Positions 60,173 through 64,000 of a DNA stretch of 64,000 nucleotides are shown here, one piece after another. This DNA comes from Auanema rhodensis. Lineage: Eukaryota > Animalia > Nematoda. Every line of letters starts with the position of its first letter. The stretch's first letter is position 1. The stretch is from assembly GCA_964057225.1 (NCBI GenBank), contig OZ059895.1, positions 12,152,001 through 12,216,000 of the forward strand, in the 5' to 3' direction. The position numbers were made by a program, and so were the translations under genes. The notes below the pieces were generated by a model. It worked only from the letters and a program-made list of their open reading frames with translations, made no database searches and had not been told where the DNA came from.

Positions 60173-60565
60173 GATCATACCACGTTGAAAGTACGCCATG
60201 CAGCTGATTTTCAATTTTATCTCTTCCGTAACAAATGTTTTCAATTTTCCAGCAGTTTTACTTAGATAGCTCAACCCAAGGCATTAAAATATCTTCAATC
60301 TTATTTCTATATTACAGTTATAAACCAATAGTTTATGAACCTTCATCTTAACTTTACTGTTTCTATCTATTTCCTATTGAAACAAACATTGTTTAAACAC
60401 TATACAACCGTGAAACCTTTTTTAATTTATTGTATTTGGAGCTCATAAGATTCAATATCATCGAGGGATTTAGATGTAACGTGGAAAATTACATAACTAA
60501 CATGAAATTGGAAAAAAAACAATAACGAGGATAAGTATGTAAATCATTGAATATCAGATATTTTC

Positions 60566-60684
60566 GCTTACGACCATACCACGTTGAAAGTACGCCATCC
60601 CGTCCGATCTGGCAAGTCAAGCAACGTTGGGCCCGGTTAGTACTTGGATCGGAGACGGCTTGGGAATCCCGGGTGCCGTAAGCT
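60566..60684 (+). rRNA. 5S rRNA gene, consensus-type copy
   Basis: Full 119 nt with intact GGGCCCGGTTAG and GGATCGGAGACGG, followed by oligo-T. Confidence 0.97.
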
Positions 60685-61094
60685 TTTCAAATTTTTTTAA
60701 CGATCATACCACGTTGAAAGTACGCCATGCAGCTGATTTTCAATTTTATCTCTTCCGTAACAAATGTTTTCAATTTTCCAGCAGTTTTACTTAGATAGCT
60801 CAACCCAAGGCATTAAAATATCTTCAATCTTATTTCTATATTACAGTTATAAACCAGTAGTTTATGAACCTTCATCTTAACTTTACTGTTTCTATCTATT
60901 TCCTATTGAAACAAACATTGTTTAAACACTATACAACTGTGAAACCTTTTTTAATTTATTGTATTTGGAGCTCATAAGATTCAATATCATCGAGGGATTT
61001 AGATGTAACGTGGAAAATTACATAACTAACATGAAATTGGAAAAAAAACAATAACGAGGATAAGTATGTAAATCATTGAATATCAGATATTTTC

Positions 61095-61213
61095 GCTTAC
61101 GACCATACCACGTTGAAAGTACGCCATCCCGTCCGATCTGGCAAGTCAAGCAACGTTGGGCCCGGTTAGTACTTGGATCGGAGACGGCTTGGGAATCCCG
61201 GGTGCCGTAAGCT
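61095..61213 (+). rRNA. 5S rRNA gene, consensus-type copy
   Basis: Same as 60566-60684. Confidence 0.97.
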
Positions 61214-62022
61214 TTTCAAATTTTTTTAACGATCATACCACGTTGAAAGTACGCCATGCAGCTGATTTTCAATTTTATCTCTTCCGTAACAAATGTTTTC
61301 AATTTTCCAGCAGTTTTACTTAGATAGCTCAACCCAAGGCATTAAAATATCTTCAATCTTATTTCTATATTACAGTTATAAACCAGTAGTTTATGAACCT
61401 TCATCTTAACTTTACTGTTTCTATCTATTTCCTATTGAAACAAACATTGTTTAAACACTATACAACTGTGAAACCTTTTTCAATTTATTGTATTTGGAGC
61501 TCATAAGATTTGATATCATCGAGGGATTTAGATGTAACGTAGAAAATTACATAACTAACATGAAATTGGAAAAAAAACAATAACGAGGATAAGTATGTAA
61601 ATCATTGAATATCAGATATTTCCGCTTACGACCATACCACGTTGAAAGTACGCCATGCAGCTGATTTTCAATTTTATCTCTTCCGTAACAAATGTTTTTA
61701 ATTTTCCAGCAGTTTTACTTAGATAGATAAACCCAAGGCATCAAAATATCTTCAATCTTATTTCTATATTACAGTTATAAACCAGTAGTTTATGAACCTT
61801 TATCTTAACTTTATTGTTTCTATCTATTTCCTATTGAAACAAACATTGTTTGAACACTATACAACTGTGAAACCTTTTTTAATTTATTGTATTTGGATCT
61901 CATAAGATTTGATATCATCGAGGGATTTAGATATTACGTAGAAAATTACATAACTAACATGAAATTGGAAAAAAAACAATAACGAGGATAAGTATGTAAA
62001 TCATTGAATATCAGATATTTTC

Positions 62023-62141
62023 GCTTACGACCATACCACGTTGAAAGTACGCCATCCCGTCCGATCTGGCAAGTCAAGCAACGTTGGGCCCGGTTAGTAC
62101 TTGGATCGGAGACGGCTTGGGAATCCCGGGTGCCGTAAGCT
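62023..62141 (+). rRNA. 5S rRNA gene, consensus-type copy
   Basis: Same as 60566-60684. Confidence 0.97.
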
Positions 62142-64000
62142 TTTCAAATTTTTTTAACGATCATACCACGTTGAAAGTACGCCATGCAGCTGATTTTCAA
62201 TTTTATCTCTTCCGTAACAAATGTTTTCAATTTTCCAGCAGTTTTACTTAGATAGCTCAACCCAAGGCATTAAAATATCTTCAATCTTATTTCTATATTA
62301 CAGTTATAAACCAGTAGTTTATGAACCTTCATCTTAACTTTACTGTTTCTATCTATTTCCTATTGAAACAAACATTGTTTAAACACTATACAACTGTGAA
62401 ACCTTTTTCAATTTATTGTATTTGGAGCTCATAAGATTTGATATCATCGAGGGATTTAGATGTAACGTAGAAAATTACATAACTAACATGAAATTGGAAA
62501 AAAAACAATAACGAGGATAAGTATGTAAATCATTGAATATCAGATATTTCCGCTTACGACCATACCACGTTGAAAGTACGCCATGCAGCTGATTTTCAAT
62601 TTTATCTCTTCCGTAACAAATGTTTTTAATTTTCCAGCAGTTTTACTTAGATAGATAAACCCAAGGCATCAAAATATCTTCAATCTTATTTCTATATTAC
62701 AGTTATAAACCAGTAGTTTATGAACCTTTATCTTAACTTTATTGTTTCTATCTATTTCCTATTGAAACAAACATTGTTTGAACACTATACAACTGTGAAA
62801 CCTTTTTTAATTTATTGTATTTGGATCTCATAAGATTTGATATCATCGAGGGATTTAGATATTACGTAGAAAATTACATAACTAACATGAAATTGGAAAA
62901 AAAACAATAACGAGGATAAGTATGTAAATCATTGAATATCAGATATTTTCGCTTACGACCATACCACGTTGAAAGTACGCCATCCCGTCCGATCTGGCAA
63001 GTCAAGCAACGTTGGGCCCGGTTAGTACTTAGATCGGAGACGGCTTGGGAATCCCGGGTGCCGTAAGCTTTTCGAATTTTTTTAACGATCATACCACGTT
63101 GAAAGTACGCCATGCAGCTGATTTTCAATTTTATCTCTTCCGTAACAAATGTTTTCAATTTTCCAGCAGTTTTACTTAGATAGCTCAACCCAAGGCATTA
63201 AAATATCTTCAATCTTATTTCTATATTACAGTTATAAACCAGTAGTTTATGAACCTTCATCTTAACTTTACTGTTTCTATCTATTTCCTATTGAAACAAA
63301 CATTGTTTAAACACTATACAACTGTGAAACCTTTTTCAATTTATTGTATTTGGATCTCATAAGATTTGATATCATAGAGGGATTTAGATATTACGTAGAA
63401 AATTACATAACTAACATGAAATTGGAAAAAAAACAATAACGAGGATAAGTATGTAAATCTTTGAATATCAGGTATTTTCGCTTACGACCATACCACGTTG
63501 AAAGTACTCCATCCCGTCCGATCTGGCAAGTCAAGCAACGTTGGGCCCGGTTAGTACTTAGATCGGAGACGGCTTGGGAATCCCGGGTGCCGTAAGCTTT
63601 GCGAATTTTTTTAACGATCATACCACGTTGAAAGTACGCCATGCAGCTGATTTTCAATTTTATCTCTTCCGTAACAAATGTTTTCAATTTTCCAGCAGTT
63701 TTACTTAGATAGCTCAACCCAAGGCATTAAAATATCTTCAATCTTATTTCTATATTACAGTTATAAACCAGTAGTTTATGAACCTTCATCTTAACTTTAC
63801 TGTTTCTATCTATTTCCTATTGAAACAAACATTGTTTAAACACTATACAACTGTGAAACCTTTTTTAATTTATTGTATTTGGATCTCATAAGATTTGATA
63901 TCATCGAGGGATTTAGATATTACGTAGAAAATTACATAACTAACATGAAATTGGAAAAAAAACAATAACGAGGATAAGTATGTAAATCATTGAATATCAG

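Larger units (their letters stand above)
60173..64000 (+). repeat. 5S rDNA array block 3 (5 full copies, 2 truncated; continues beyond window)
   Basis: Full copies at 60566, 61095, 62023, 62951, 63480; truncated at 61624, 62552. Confidence 0.95.

Noticed and set aside
5668-63717. Recurrent small ORFs MTCQIGRDGV..., MNIRYFRLRP..., MKVRHPVRS..., MSYLSKTAGK...
   Set aside because: Chance frames across 5S genes and spacer, mostly with non-ATG starts; they open and close with homopolymer length changes.
5944-64000. CRISPR-like look of the repeated CATACCACGTTGAAAG motif
   Set aside because: The intervening sequences are themselves near-identical 370-500 bp repeats; the motif is part of eukaryotic 5S rRNA, and no cas genes are present.

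Overview
AT-rich nematode-type 5S rDNA tandem array (5944-22049, 31995-51027, 60173-64000) invaded by three BEL/Pao (Belpaoviridae) LTR retroelements. The array mixes 529-bp full units, 399-bp units that keep only 5S nt 1-33, and seven inverted 5S copies; no SL1 leader was seen in the spacer. Element A (<1-5943, minus; tRNA-Gly PBS; integrase core deleted) sits 59 bp upstream of a 5S gene. Element B (22050-31994, minus) is complete: identical 338-bp LTRs, GGGCC target-site duplication, tRNA-Arg PBS, and one gag-pol-env ORF ending in a phlebovirus Gc-like glycoprotein. Element C (51028-60172, plus) is a defective close relative of B. Main observations: (1) B and C integrated in opposite orientations at the same nucleotide (after 5S nt 68) inside the 5S internal promoter, suggesting a 5S-targeting enveloped retroelement. 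(2) Both carry, between env and the 3' LTR, a three-exon antisense gene, split into fragments by the ORF track, whose differences are mostly synonymous. (3) Both carry a second sense zinc-knuckle ORF that is far more diverged than the polyprotein. (4) Every full-length 5S copy between B and C is mutated at or beside the integration site. All coordinates, counts and comparisons were made by eye; no database searches were run, so novelty is unverified.
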